Counted from the stretch's first letter, positions 28,507-36,916 are shown. The stretch: 38,096 nucleotides of DNA from GCF_002087085.1 NZ_MWQY01000017.1:62001-100096, one strand, 5' to 3'. Notes: generated by a model not told the origin, from the letters alone. Translations and numbers: made by a program.

Positions 28507-29074
28507 TATCCATCTCCTGAAGACTCTTGCGTATCCTGGCCGCACCATCCTGAACATCCGCACCATTAAGTTCGACTACAAGGTCCGCCGTCGAACGGTA
28601 CAATGTGTCCCGGTGCCTGAAAAGTTCGAGAAAACTCTCCCAGGGGGCCTTTTCATCCAGAAAAGGGGGAATTCCCCTGGCGGCTATTCGTGAAAAGAGG
28701 ACTTCCGCTTCTTCGTAAAGGTACACCATAATCCCGAGTCCGGACAAGACGGGGAGGGCATCGGGATTGTCCGGGGTACCGCCGCCTAAAGCCAGTACAT
28801 ATAATCCGCCCTGTTCACTGAGCCTTTTAAGCGCCCCGATTTCAAGCTCCTGGAAACCGGATTTGCCGAGACGTCGATAGATCTCCCGGGGCTCCCAGGT
28901 TATCGCATCCGGTCCTCCCCGGTTTTCACGACACAGGTCAACCACGAGATCATCGAGATCATGGAACTTGAGACCCAGTTCGTCTGCCAGGCGACGACCA
29001 AGGGTGGATTTTCCGCAATGTTTGATTCCCGACACAATGATCGGGCGGGAAGGGATGTAATTCATAGGCGTCAC
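28496..29074 (-). CDS. aroK: shikimate kinase
   Basis: Walker A GIKHCGKST, DLD and LGGG motifs; overlaps the aroC start. Confidence 0.92.
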   Translation of the reverse strand: MTPMNYIPSRPIIVSGIKHCGKSTLGRRLADELGLKFHDLDDLVVDLCRENRGGPDAITWEPREIYRRLGKSGFQELEIGALKRLSEQGGLYVLALGGGTPDNPDALPVLSGLGIMVYLYEEAEVLFSRIAARGIPPFLDEKAPWESFLELFRHRDTLYRSTADLVVELNGADVQDGAARIRKSLQEMDNVR

Positions 29075-29102
29075 GGCAGAGTACCTGTCAGCAGACCGCT
29101 GG

Positions 29103-31196
29103 TCAAGGTTCAGAGGCGTTCAGCGGCGGTGCAGCCAGGGAAAACTGTGTCAGGGGGGAGGGGGCGGCGATTTCATACCCCTGGGCATAATCCACCCCGA
29201 TATCCTTGAGGAGCAGGAGAATTTCCTTGGATCTTACAAACTCCGCCACCGTTACCGTTCCGATTATATGTCCCAGATTGTTGATGGCCTCCACCATGGA
29301 GCGGTCGATGGGATTCTCATCCATATCGGAAACGAAGGTGCCGTCAATCTTCAGGTAATCCACGGGGAGGGTTTTCAGATAATTGAAGGAGGAGAAACCG
29401 GAGCCGAAATCATCGAGGGAAAAGGAATAGCCCTTGTTTCGCATCTCCTTGATGAAATTATTGGTTACCTGCATGTTGGAAATGGCCGCCGTTTCGGTGA
29501 CTTCGAAGCAGAGGTACTGGGAGGGAACCCCGGAGCTCGTCACCAGGTCCGCGATGGTCCCCAGAAACTGTTCATTCGCCAGGGTGCCGGCACTCAAGTT
29601 TATGCTGAACATCATATCCTCCTCAGGGGCTTCCCTGAGTATGGAGGATATTGCAGAAAGACTCTTTTTGACCACGGCCTTGTCAATGGTGGGCATGAAG
29701 TTGTAACGCTCCGCAGCAGGAATAAAGGCCCCGGGCATGATAAGGTCTCCCTCGGGACTGACTATACGCAGAAGGATTTCATTCTTGACTGTCCGGTATT
29801 TTCCGTTCAGAGGAACGATGGGCTGATAGTAGAGTACCAGTCGGTCCTCTTCGATGGCGGAATTGAGCTTGGAGATCCAGGTCATTTCGTTACGCCGGTT
29901 CTGGAAGATATTGGCCGTCGAATCGTAGAGCTTGATCTTGTTGCCCCCCTCCTCCTTGGCGGTAAAGCAGGCATCGTCTGCTGCTGCCAGAATTGCCTGG
30001 ATGTCCTTGGACTCGGTATCGATCTTTACCAGTCCTATGGAGGAGTTGATGGTGAAGACCTTGTCGTCCCAGACCATCTTGTGATTCACCAGCCGGTTCA
30101 GAAGCCGTTCAGAAATGAGTTTTGCCTGGCTGATGGATATGTGAGCCAGAATTACCCCGAACTCGTCCCCCCCCAGACGCGCGCAGAAATCCGAGGTCCG
30201 TACCATGGATTTGATGATGGAGGTGGCCTGCAGGAGCATCTCGTCCCCCGCGCGGTGTCCCAGGGTGTCATTGACCACCTTGAACTGGTCGAGGTCGATG
30301 TAGAGCAGGGCGTGGGTAATGGAGACGTCCAGGGTATTCTGGACCAGGCTGTTCAACCTCATGGAGAAAGCCTCCCGGTTGGCCAGACCGGTAAGAATAT
30401 CATGACTTGCCTGGTAGGAAATCCGGTCGCTCAGATGTTTTACCACCGAGGTATCGTGCAGGGCTACCACGCTCCCCTCGTTTTCTCCCCGGGGGCCGAG
30501 GATCATGGAAAAAGCTCCGTCCACGTGAATCTTGTCTCCGCTGCGGTTCATCAGAATTGTATCCTGGAACCGGAAGGGCAGGTCCTCGGCGGGAATGTTC
30601 GTCAGGTCCGTGAAGTCTATGCGTCCGGCCCGGGAATCGTATATCTCCAGAACCTCTCCCAGGGGATTTCCTGTCAGCTCATCGCTGCCCCGTCCGAGAA
30701 TGGAGACCGCCACGGGATTAACGAAACGTACCTTTCCATCGGTATCCGTGGCGATTATCCCATCCTCGATGGAGGAGAACATCGCAGAGTACCAGCGCTC
30801 CTGCCACTTGAGCTGCCTGTCGACGCTGTATTTATAGAGGGCAATATCTATACTCGTGTAGAGTTCTTTTTCCTTGAAGGGTTTCAGAATGTACCCCAGG
30901 GGCTCCACGTTTTTGGCCCGCTGCAGGGTCTTCTCGTCGGAATAGGCGGTCAGAAACATGACGGGAATCTCGAATCGCTCTTTTACAATCTCTGCAGTGT
31001 CGATACCGTCCATATCGCCGGAGAGCATTATGTCCATGAGAATTATATCAGGGGGCTCATTTTCGACGGACTCTATCGCCTGGGGACCGGTCGCGGCGAC
31101 ACCGGTTACCCGGTAACCGAAGTTTTCCAGTCTTCGCTGAAGGTCTATGGCGATGATCCGTTCGTCTTCAACTATAAGAATCTTCTCGTTGTTCAT
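29103..31196 (-). CDS. REC-PAS-GGDEF-EAL c-di-GMP synthase/phosphodiesterase
   Basis: Receiver domain (VEDE, LMDI, KP), PAS domain, RTSD I-site followed by GGDEF, and EAL domain (QPI, EILLR, DDFGSG, KID, AE, QGY). Confidence 0.95.
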   Translation of the reverse strand: MNNEKILIVEDERIIAIDLQRRLENFGYRVTGVAATGPQAIESVENEPPDIILMDIMLSGDMDGIDTAEIVKERFEIPVMFLTAYSDEKTLQRAKNVEPLGYILKPFKEKELYTSIDIALYKYSVDRQLKWQERWYSAMFSSIEDGIIATDTDGKVRFVNPVAVSILGRGSDELTGNPLGEVLEIYDSRAGRIDFTDLTNIPAEDLPFRFQDTILMNRSGDKIHVDGAFSMILGPRGENEGSVVALHDTSVVKHLSDRISYQASHDILTGLANREAFSMRLNSLVQNTLDVSITHALLYIDLDQFKVVNDTLGHRAGDEMLLQATSIIKSMVRTSDFCARLGGDEFGVILAHISISQAKLISERLLNRLVNHKMVWDDKVFTINSSIGLVKIDTESKDIQAILAAADDACFTAKEEGGNKIKLYDSTANIFQNRRNEMTWISKLNSAIEEDRLVLYYQPIVPLNGKYRTVKNEILLRIVSPEGDLIMPGAFIPAAERYNFMPTIDKAVVKKSLSAISSILREAPEEDMMFSINLSAGTLANEQFLGTIADLVTSSGVPSQYLCFEVTETAAISNMQVTNNFIKEMRNKGYSFSLDDFGSGFSSFNYLKTLPVDYLKIDGTFVSDMDENPIDRSMVEAINNLGHIIGTVTVAEFVRSKEILLLLKDIGVDYAQGYEIAAPSPLTQFSLAAPPLNASEP

Positions 31197-31222
31197 AATC
31201 CCTCAAATTACTCAATAACTCC

Positions 31223-31251
31223 ATGATACTTACTTGTGGAAGAATATGCAA
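31223..31251 (-). promoter_or_regulatory. sigma70 promoter of the GGDEF-EAL gene
   Basis: TTGCAT-17 nt-TATCAT. Confidence 0.6.
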
Positions 31252-31275
31252 ACCAAAATAATGATATATTTCATC

Positions 31276-31304
31276 TTGACATATTTCTTTCCTGTCATCA
31301 TGGT
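31276..31304 (+). promoter_or_regulatory. candidate sigma70 promoter of the dGTPase-like gene
   Basis: TTGACA-17 nt-CATGGT, ending 10 nt before ATG 31315; no SD. Confidence 0.45.
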
Positions 31305-31314
31305 TTAAGCAGAT

Positions 31315-32457
31315 ATGAGCAGTCTGTTTTTTTCTACACCCTTGAGCCGGGAAGAACTGACCCTCAGGGTCCGTCCCCGGGACAACGACGTGCGGGGGGC
31401 CTTTTTCCGGGATACAACCGCGATTATCCATTCAAATCCCTTCAGGCGCCTGAAACACAAGACCCAGGTCTTCTTTACCCCCCAGAACGACCACATCTGC
31501 ACCCGGATAGAGCATGTTCTGCACGTTGCCAGTGTGGCTGCCACCATCTGCCGTTCCCTGAACCTCGACGCGGATCTTGCCTGGGCCATCGGACTCGGAC
31601 ACGATCTGGGGCATACCCCCTTCGGCCATGTGGGGGAGAAAATCGTGGAAGAGATAATGGGTGCCCCCTTTGCCCATGAACTCTATTCCCTGCGGGTTGT
31701 CGACAAGCTGATCAACCACGGGCGGGGGCTCAATCTTACCTATGCCGTCCGGGACGGCATAGTCAATCACTGCGGTGAGCAGTTTGAACAGGCGATAGTA
31801 CCGGATTTTGAGCTCAAGGATCTTTCAGCCATACAGGCCCGGAACCGCTACCCTTCGACCTGGGAGGGCTGCGTTGTCCGGATGTCCGATAAAATTGCCT
31901 ATCTTGGACGGGATTTTGAGGATGCCGTCAAGCTGAGGATTCTTTCCAGGGATTCTCTTCCGAAAAAGGTGAGCAGCCTGCTTGGAGTCTCCAACGGGGA
32001 GATTATCGATTCCCTGGTAAACGACATAATCCAGTCATCCCTCAAGACCGGGACAATCGGTTTTACCAGGCCGGTATATGAGGCACTGCTGAGTTTCAAG
32101 GAATTCAACTACGAACGTATCTATCGACATGAACTTCTATCGGAATACCACAGTTATTTCCGGCGTATTCTCTTTGCCCTCCATACCTATCTGACGGATC
32201 TTTACGCCCGTTTCGGCAGCGAGTACAAACGTTATCCTGAAGAGGGGAATACCCTTGCCGCCCGCTACGGGGAGTATCTTTTAAAAATGGAGGAACTCTA
32301 CAGCAGTGAGAAGGCCTCTCCCTCTTCCATGGCCATCGACTACATCGCGGGAATGACCGATGATTTTGCCCTGGATGCGGTATCGGAGATCATGGTCCCC
32401 AAACACTTCCAGTCGAAATTCGACACCCTTCTGTTTGAAAGGCGGGGAAGAATTTGA
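31315..32457 (+). CDS. dgt: dGTP triphosphohydrolase-like HD protein
   Basis: FRRLKHKTQVF, TRIEH, GHDLGHTPFGHVGE, DKIAY and DYIAGMTD motifs. Confidence 0.92.
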   Translation: MSSLFFSTPLSREELTLRVRPRDNDVRGAFFRDTTAIIHSNPFRRLKHKTQVFFTPQNDHICTRIEHVLHVASVAATICRSLNLDADLAWAIGLGHDLGHTPFGHVGEKIVEEIMGAPFAHELYSLRVVDKLINHGRGLNLTYAVRDGIVNHCGEQFEQAIVPDFELKDLSAIQARNRYPSTWEGCVVRMSDKIAYLGRDFEDAVKLRILSRDSLPKKVSSLLGVSNGEIIDSLVNDIIQSSLKTGTIGFTRPVYEALLSFKEFNYERIYRHELLSEYHSYFRRILFALHTYLTDLYARFGSEYKRYPEEGNTLAARYGEYLLKMEELYSSEKASPSSMAIDYIAGMTDDFALDAVSEIMVPKHFQSKFDTLLFERRGRI

Positions 32458-32482
32458 CAAGCCCCGGCGGGAGTAGTATTTT
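32454..32482 (+). promoter_or_regulatory. sigma70 promoter of the small MshEN-like gene
   Basis: TTGACA (overlapping the dgt stop)-17 nt-TATTTT. Confidence 0.55.
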
Positions 32483-32551
32483 ATAAGCGCCTTGAGAATC
32501 AGCCGCATCCACAGACAGCTTTAAGAAACTTTTTCCGGGAGTTTCAGCGTG

Positions 32552-32815
32552 ATGTACCAGGAGAAAATTGGGGAATACCTTCTGCGCACGGAGGAGATGT
32601 ATCCTCGTCAGGTGGAAAACGTTCTTCTGCGGCAACAGTGCGGTGACAGGCGGCGTTTCGGCGAAATCGCGGTTGACCTGCGCTACATCGATCGAAAAAC
32701 CCTCGAAACCTGTCTTTCCGCCTCTGATCTTCCCCTCTGGACGAAACGGAAAACCGATAAAAGCCTCAGATCCTCAGCTTCCGACAGAGGCATTTCATCT
32801 TTTAAAGAGTCCTGA
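32552..32815 (+). CDS. small stand-alone MshEN/GspE-N-like protein
   Basis: KIGEYLL...VLLRQ-QCGDRR-RFGEIAV...L resembles tandem RLGxxLxxxG...LxxQ repeats; GGGAG SD. Confidence 0.65.
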   Translation: MYQEKIGEYLLRTEEMYPRQVENVLLRQQCGDRRRFGEIAVDLRYIDRKTLETCLSASDLPLWTKRKTDKSLRSSASDRGISSFKES

Positions 32816-32851
32816 AAGACAGCGGGACACCCCAAAAACTCTTTCCTGCCA

Positions 32852-32878
32852 ATGCAGCAGTGCAGGCGGCTGCTGTAT
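32852..32878. terminator. hairpin between convergent genes (MshEN-like and nrdG)
   Basis: ATGCAGCAG...CTGCTGTAT 9-bp stem with one G-U pair; no clear U-tract. Confidence 0.35.
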
Positions 32879-32890
32879 CGATGTGAACCC

Positions 32891-33589
32891 TTAATTGTTC
32901 CGCAGCTTCGTGGGTATCCCTGCCGATCGAAGCTTCTGTGCAACGGCTTCGAGGACCTCGGGGTTGTAGGGGTCTACATCGCTCCAGGCACTGTCCAGAG
33001 TTCGCTGGTTTCTGTATCCCGACAGAAGGTAAGAGTCCGCCCCCTGCACCTCGGGGATAATGTCGTCGAAATCCTTCTCATCCACGATGCCAGGGACCAT
33101 GGTTGTCCGGAGCTGATGGGGTATCCCGCTCTGGATCAGGATTTTCAGGCTCCTCCGTATCTGTTCTACCAGTTCTTCCGCCTTCGCACCCGGAGACAGA
33201 ACCCTGGGGTAGTTGGAGAAAGATGTCTTGATATCCATGGCGACAAAGTCAGGCCTGAGATTCTCCAGCACTTCGGGAAAACTTCCGTTGGTATCGATTT
33301 TTACCGGCAATCCGAGCTCCCGTATTGCCGTGAGAAGATTCCCGATATTCCGGTGCAGCAGAGGTTCCCCCCCGGTAATCACAACCCCCCCCAGCACGGG
33401 GCGCCGCTTTTCCAGAAACCTGAGGATCTCGTCAAAGGCGATAAAATCCTCCGGAACAGGTCCCTGGACGAGTTCAGGATTGTGACAGTAGGGACAGCGA
33501 AAATTACACCCCGGCGTAAAGAGGACTGCAGCCACCTTGCCGGGGTAATCAATTAGGGAGGTTTTGACCAGCCCCAGACGACGGATCAA
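32891..33589 (-). CDS. nrdG: anaerobic ribonucleoside-triphosphate reductase activating enzyme (radical SAM)
   Basis: SLIDYPG, GCNFRCPYCHN (CxxxCxxC), TGGEP, DTNG and MDIK motifs; last gene of the nrd operon. Confidence 0.93.
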   Translation of the reverse strand: MIRRLGLVKTSLIDYPGKVAAVLFTPGCNFRCPYCHNPELVQGPVPEDFIAFDEILRFLEKRRPVLGGVVITGGEPLLHRNIGNLLTAIRELGLPVKIDTNGSFPEVLENLRPDFVAMDIKTSFSNYPRVLSPGAKAEELVEQIRRSLKILIQSGIPHQLRTTMVPGIVDEKDFDDIIPEVQGADSYLLSGYRNQRTLDSAWSDVDPYNPEVLEAVAQKLRSAGIPTKLRNN

Positions 33590-34143
33590 CCGGCCGCCCG
33601 TTCTTTATTGAAAGTCCTGAGAAGTTCCTGGAGATTTGCACTGCGCAGGACTTCGTTGCCCGCGGAATCCCGGAAGATTACCGTCGGGGTAGCACAGACC
33701 GCAAGTTCTCCCGCCAGTTCAAAACCTTCATCCATGTCCACATTGATCTCGCTTCCCGGAAAGCCGAGTTCCGCAAGATATGTCCTGACGGGTGGACAGT
33801 TCGGGCAGGTAGTGCGGAAGAAATACTGATAGGAGGCTATATTGTTAAGATCCAAGGCCTCTCCGGACTGCTTCTGATCCCCGTCGATACGGCGGCGGAT
33901 TTCGTCTTTAGTTCCAGCAAGCTGCGCTTTTTCCGCGTACTCCCCGGGGAGCTCGAAGGTCCGTCGGTGGTTGTACTCCTCCCGTTTGCCCCGGTTCCAG
34001 TTTTTTACCGAGCGGTAGTATCCGACGATCCGGGTATAGACCTCTGTCTGACGGCCTCTGACGTCTTTGACTTCTCTGTTCAGTCTTTCTATCTCTCTGT
34101 CGATCTGTTCAATTGTCATTGTGCTGTCCGGTTTTTCCTTCAT
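33586..34143 (-). CDS. stand-alone NrdD glycyl-radical domain fused to a glutaredoxin/thioredoxin-like domain
   Basis: TEVYTRIVGYYRSVKNWNRGKREEY is the NrdD C-terminal Gly-radical motif; CPNC and ATP cis-Pro motif follow; own AAGGAG SD. Confidence 0.9.
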   Translation of the reverse strand: MKEKPDSTMTIEQIDREIERLNREVKDVRGRQTEVYTRIVGYYRSVKNWNRGKREEYNHRRTFELPGEYAEKAQLAGTKDEIRRRIDGDQKQSGEALDLNNIASYQYFFRTTCPNCPPVRTYLAELGFPGSEINVDMDEGFELAGELAVCATPTVIFRDSAGNEVLRSANLQELLRTFNKERAAG

Positions 34144-34163
34144 CTTTTACTCCTTTGCTGACT

Positions 34164-36263
34164 TTATGCGCTTTCCGAAACCATCTCGTTCTTCAGGGCT
34201 TCCAGGCGATGGATCTCCGTCTTCAGACGTGCGCGCTCCTCTTCCCGACAGCGGGGACACTCGAAGTGTTCTCCCGAAATGTAGCCGTGAACAGGACATA
34301 CCGAGAAGGTAGGGGTCACGGTGAAGTAGGGAAGGTGGTAGTTTGTTGCGATACTCTTTACGAGGTTCCTGCAGGCTTCGGTGTCTTCTATCGCCTCACC
34401 CACGAGCCCGTGAAAAACGGTGCCCCCGGTGTAGCGGGTCTGCAGAGCGTCCTGATGATCCAGGGCCTCGAAGATATCCTCCGTATATTCCACCGGCAGC
34501 TGGGTGGAGTTGGTATAATATACCTCTTCCTCGCCGCCGGTAATGATGTCGGGATAGCGCTCCTTGTCGTGCTTCGCCAGACGGTAACTGGTGCTTTCGG
34601 CGGGTGTAGCCTCCAGGTTGAAGAGGTCCCCGGTGCGTTCCTGGTAGTCCGCAAGGCGGTCCCGCATGTAGTCCAGTACTTCAAGGGCAAACTGTTTTCC
34701 CTCCGGGAGGGTGATATCCGCTCCGAGAAAGTTGAGGAGGCATTCGTTCATGCCGCAGATGCCTATGGTGGAGAAGTGGTTGTTCAAATGTTTCAGATAC
34801 CGCCTGGTGTAGGGGAACAGACCGTTCTCCATGAGCCGGTTAATAACCTTGCGTTTGATGGTGAGGGACTCGGCGGCCAGATCCATCATGCGGGCCAGGC
34901 GCCGGAAGAACTCCCCCCTGTTCTTTGAAAGGTACCCGATTCTGGGAAGGTTGATGGTTACAACCCCGATGGAACCGGTAAACTCATCGGAGCCGAATAG
35001 TCCTCCGCCCCGTTTTCTGAGTTCCCGCTTGTCGAGTTGGAGGCGGCAGCACATGGAACGTACGTCTCCGGGGTCCAGATCGGAGTTGATGAAGTTCTGA
35101 AAATAGGGTGTGCCGTATTTGGCTGTCATGTCGAAGAGCAGCTCCGCATTGGGGGATTCCCACTGAAATTCCCTGGTAATATTGTAGGTGGGAATGGGGT
35201 ACTGGAATCCCCTGCCGTTGGCGTCCCCGGCAAGCATGAGTTCGATAAAAACTTTGTTTATAAGGTTCATCTCTTCCTGGCAGTCACCGTAGGTAAATTC
35301 AGCCTCGCTGCCCCCGACAATGGCGGGTTTATCCGCCAGGTCCGGCGGAACGGTCCAGTCCAGGGTTATATTGGTAAAGGGCGCCTGACTTCCCCAGCGG
35401 GAGGGGGTGTTGACACCGAAGATGAAACTCTGGATTGCCTGCTTGACGTCATCCTCGCTGAGGGTGTCGATCTTTACAAAGGGAGCCAGATAGGTGTCGA
35501 AACTCGAGAGGGCCTGGGCGCCGGCCCACTCGTTCTGCATGATTCCGAGAAAATTGACTATCTGCTGTATCAGGGTAGACAGGTGCTTTGCCGGAGTCGA
35601 GGTAATCTTGTCCGGAACGCCCCCAAGCCCCTCCTGGATCAGCTGACGAAGGGACCAGCCGGCGCAGTATCCGGAGAACATGGAAAGGTCGTGGATGTGA
35701 AAATCCGCCTTTCTGTGGGCGTCGGCGATCTCGTCGGGATAGATATTCTTGAGCCAGTAGTTGGCGGTGATGGTTCCGGAATTGTGCAGAATCAGACCGC
35801 CCAGGGAAAAGTTGACATTGGCGTTCTCGTTGACTCTCCAGTCCGACTGGCTCAGGTAACCGTCCATGGTGGAATTGATATCCACCATGAGTTTCCTGGT
35901 ATCCCGCATTACCTCGTGACGGGCACGATATATAATGTATTTCTTGGCTATATCGCTCTCTCCGGACTCGATGAGTACGTTCTCCACGATATCCTGAATT
36001 TCTTCCACCGCGGGAGCGGAGTTGGGATGTCGGGTGCTCATGAAATCCAGGAGACGCTTTTCCACCCTGGCGGTAAGAACCTCCACCAGAGGCATGTTTT
36101 CCCTGTCTCTGGCCGCCTGTATGGCCCGGCTTATGGCCGAGGCTATCCGCCAGCGATCATACTGCTCAATGGCTCCGTCCCGCTTGACTATCTGTCGTAC
36201 CGGGTGTCCTTCAGTGTCGGTATGATGTTCCTTTAAAAAATCTTTCCAGCTGTTCTCGGGCAT
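34164..36263 (-). CDS. nrdD: class III anaerobic ribonucleotide reductase large subunit lacking the glycyl-radical loop
   Basis: ATP cone (IVKRDG), HIHDL, YCAG, RSMCCRL finger loop, EATPAE, YTGGT, CPVH...CPRC zinc site; ends without an RxxGY motif. Confidence 0.95.
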   Translation of the reverse strand: MPENSWKDFLKEHHTDTEGHPVRQIVKRDGAIEQYDRWRIASAISRAIQAARDRENMPLVEVLTARVEKRLLDFMSTRHPNSAPAVEEIQDIVENVLIESGESDIAKKYIIYRARHEVMRDTRKLMVDINSTMDGYLSQSDWRVNENANVNFSLGGLILHNSGTITANYWLKNIYPDEIADAHRKADFHIHDLSMFSGYCAGWSLRQLIQEGLGGVPDKITSTPAKHLSTLIQQIVNFLGIMQNEWAGAQALSSFDTYLAPFVKIDTLSEDDVKQAIQSFIFGVNTPSRWGSQAPFTNITLDWTVPPDLADKPAIVGGSEAEFTYGDCQEEMNLINKVFIELMLAGDANGRGFQYPIPTYNITREFQWESPNAELLFDMTAKYGTPYFQNFINSDLDPGDVRSMCCRLQLDKRELRKRGGGLFGSDEFTGSIGVVTINLPRIGYLSKNRGEFFRRLARMMDLAAESLTIKRKVINRLMENGLFPYTRRYLKHLNNHFSTIGICGMNECLLNFLGADITLPEGKQFALEVLDYMRDRLADYQERTGDLFNLEATPAESTSYRLAKHDKERYPDIITGGEEEVYYTNSTQLPVEYTEDIFEALDHQDALQTRYTGGTVFHGLVGEAIEDTEACRNLVKSIATNYHLPYFTVTPTFSVCPVHGYISGEHFECPRCREEERARLKTEIHRLEALKNEMVSESA

Positions 36264-36316
36264 AAAAAAATGTTCCCCTCCCAGTTTTACTTCAAGTATT
36301 TTGTTATATGCCTGCC

Positions 36317-36772
36317 CTAGCGGGTAAGCTTTTCGATCTCGTTTATGAACTCATCGACATTGTCAAACATGCGGTACACCGAGGCAAAACGCACATAGGC
36401 AACTCCGTCAAGTTCATAGAGTTTCTTCAGCACCATCTCACCGATCTCCTCGGCACGGATCTCCCTGCTGTTCTTGGATATCAAAGCTGCTTCGTCCTCT
36501 ATGGCGTGAAGCATCTCCTCGATATCCTTCTGGGAAACAGGACGCTTCTGCATGGACCGCTGTATACCCTGTTCGATCTTGTCCATGCTGAACGGTTCCC
36601 GGCGTCCGTCCCTCTTGATCACCATAAGAGGCTTTTCTTCTATGCGCTCGTAAGAGGTAAAGCGATACCCGCAGGACAGACACTCCCGTCGGCGACGTAT
36701 GGACGTACCGCTGGCATTCTGCCGGGACTCAACAACGCGATCTTCCACTTCGTGGCAATGAGGACAGCGCAT
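36317..36772 (-). CDS. nrdR: transcriptional repressor NrdR
   Basis: MRCPHC, IRRRREC..C..RFTSYE, ATP cone VIKRDG and VAYVRFASVY motifs; start ATG 36772. Confidence 0.97.
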   Translation of the reverse strand: MRCPHCHEVEDRVVESRQNASGTSIRRRRECLSCGYRFTSYERIEEKPLMVIKRDGRREPFSMDKIEQGIQRSMQKRPVSQKDIEEMLHAIEDEAALISKNSREIRAEEIGEMVLKKLYELDGVAYVRFASVYRMFDNVDEFINEIEKLTR

Positions 36773-36796
36773 ATTTCTGACTAATTCCTTACAGAG

Positions 36797-36827
36797 CCGC
36801 CATATATAGCGACCGTATATATAGTGC
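36797..36827 (-). promoter_or_regulatory. two adjacent NrdR-box-like sites in the leader
   Basis: TCGCTATATATGGCGG (36797-36812) and GCACTATATATACGGT (36812-36827), compared with consensus acaCwAtATaTwGtgt. Confidence 0.6.
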
Positions 36828-36846
36828 TTAATTACGGACAATCAGA

Positions 36847-36875
36847 ATAATAACACACTATATGTCGCGGTTCAA
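36847..36875 (-). promoter_or_regulatory. nrd operon promoter with an NrdR box in its spacer
   Basis: TTGAAC-17 nt-TATTAT with TGn extension; box ACACTATATGTCGCGG at 36855-36870. Confidence 0.75.
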
Positions 36876-36916
36876 TGGGCAGAAGGCAGAAAGAAGGGTA
36901 TTTTTATACATAAGCT

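Noticed and set aside
29268..31226. 652-aa antisense ORF over the GGDEF-EAL gene
   Set aside because: Shadow ORF; the same pattern recurs at 4716-5771, 7065-8567, 19562-20851, 23173-24135, 27550-28503 and 35037-36236.
34144..34166. nrdD break read as a pseudogene or sequencing frameshift
   Set aside because: A strong dedicated SD, helical extensions on both sides, intact motifs and an intact nrdG/nrdR context favour a genuine split.
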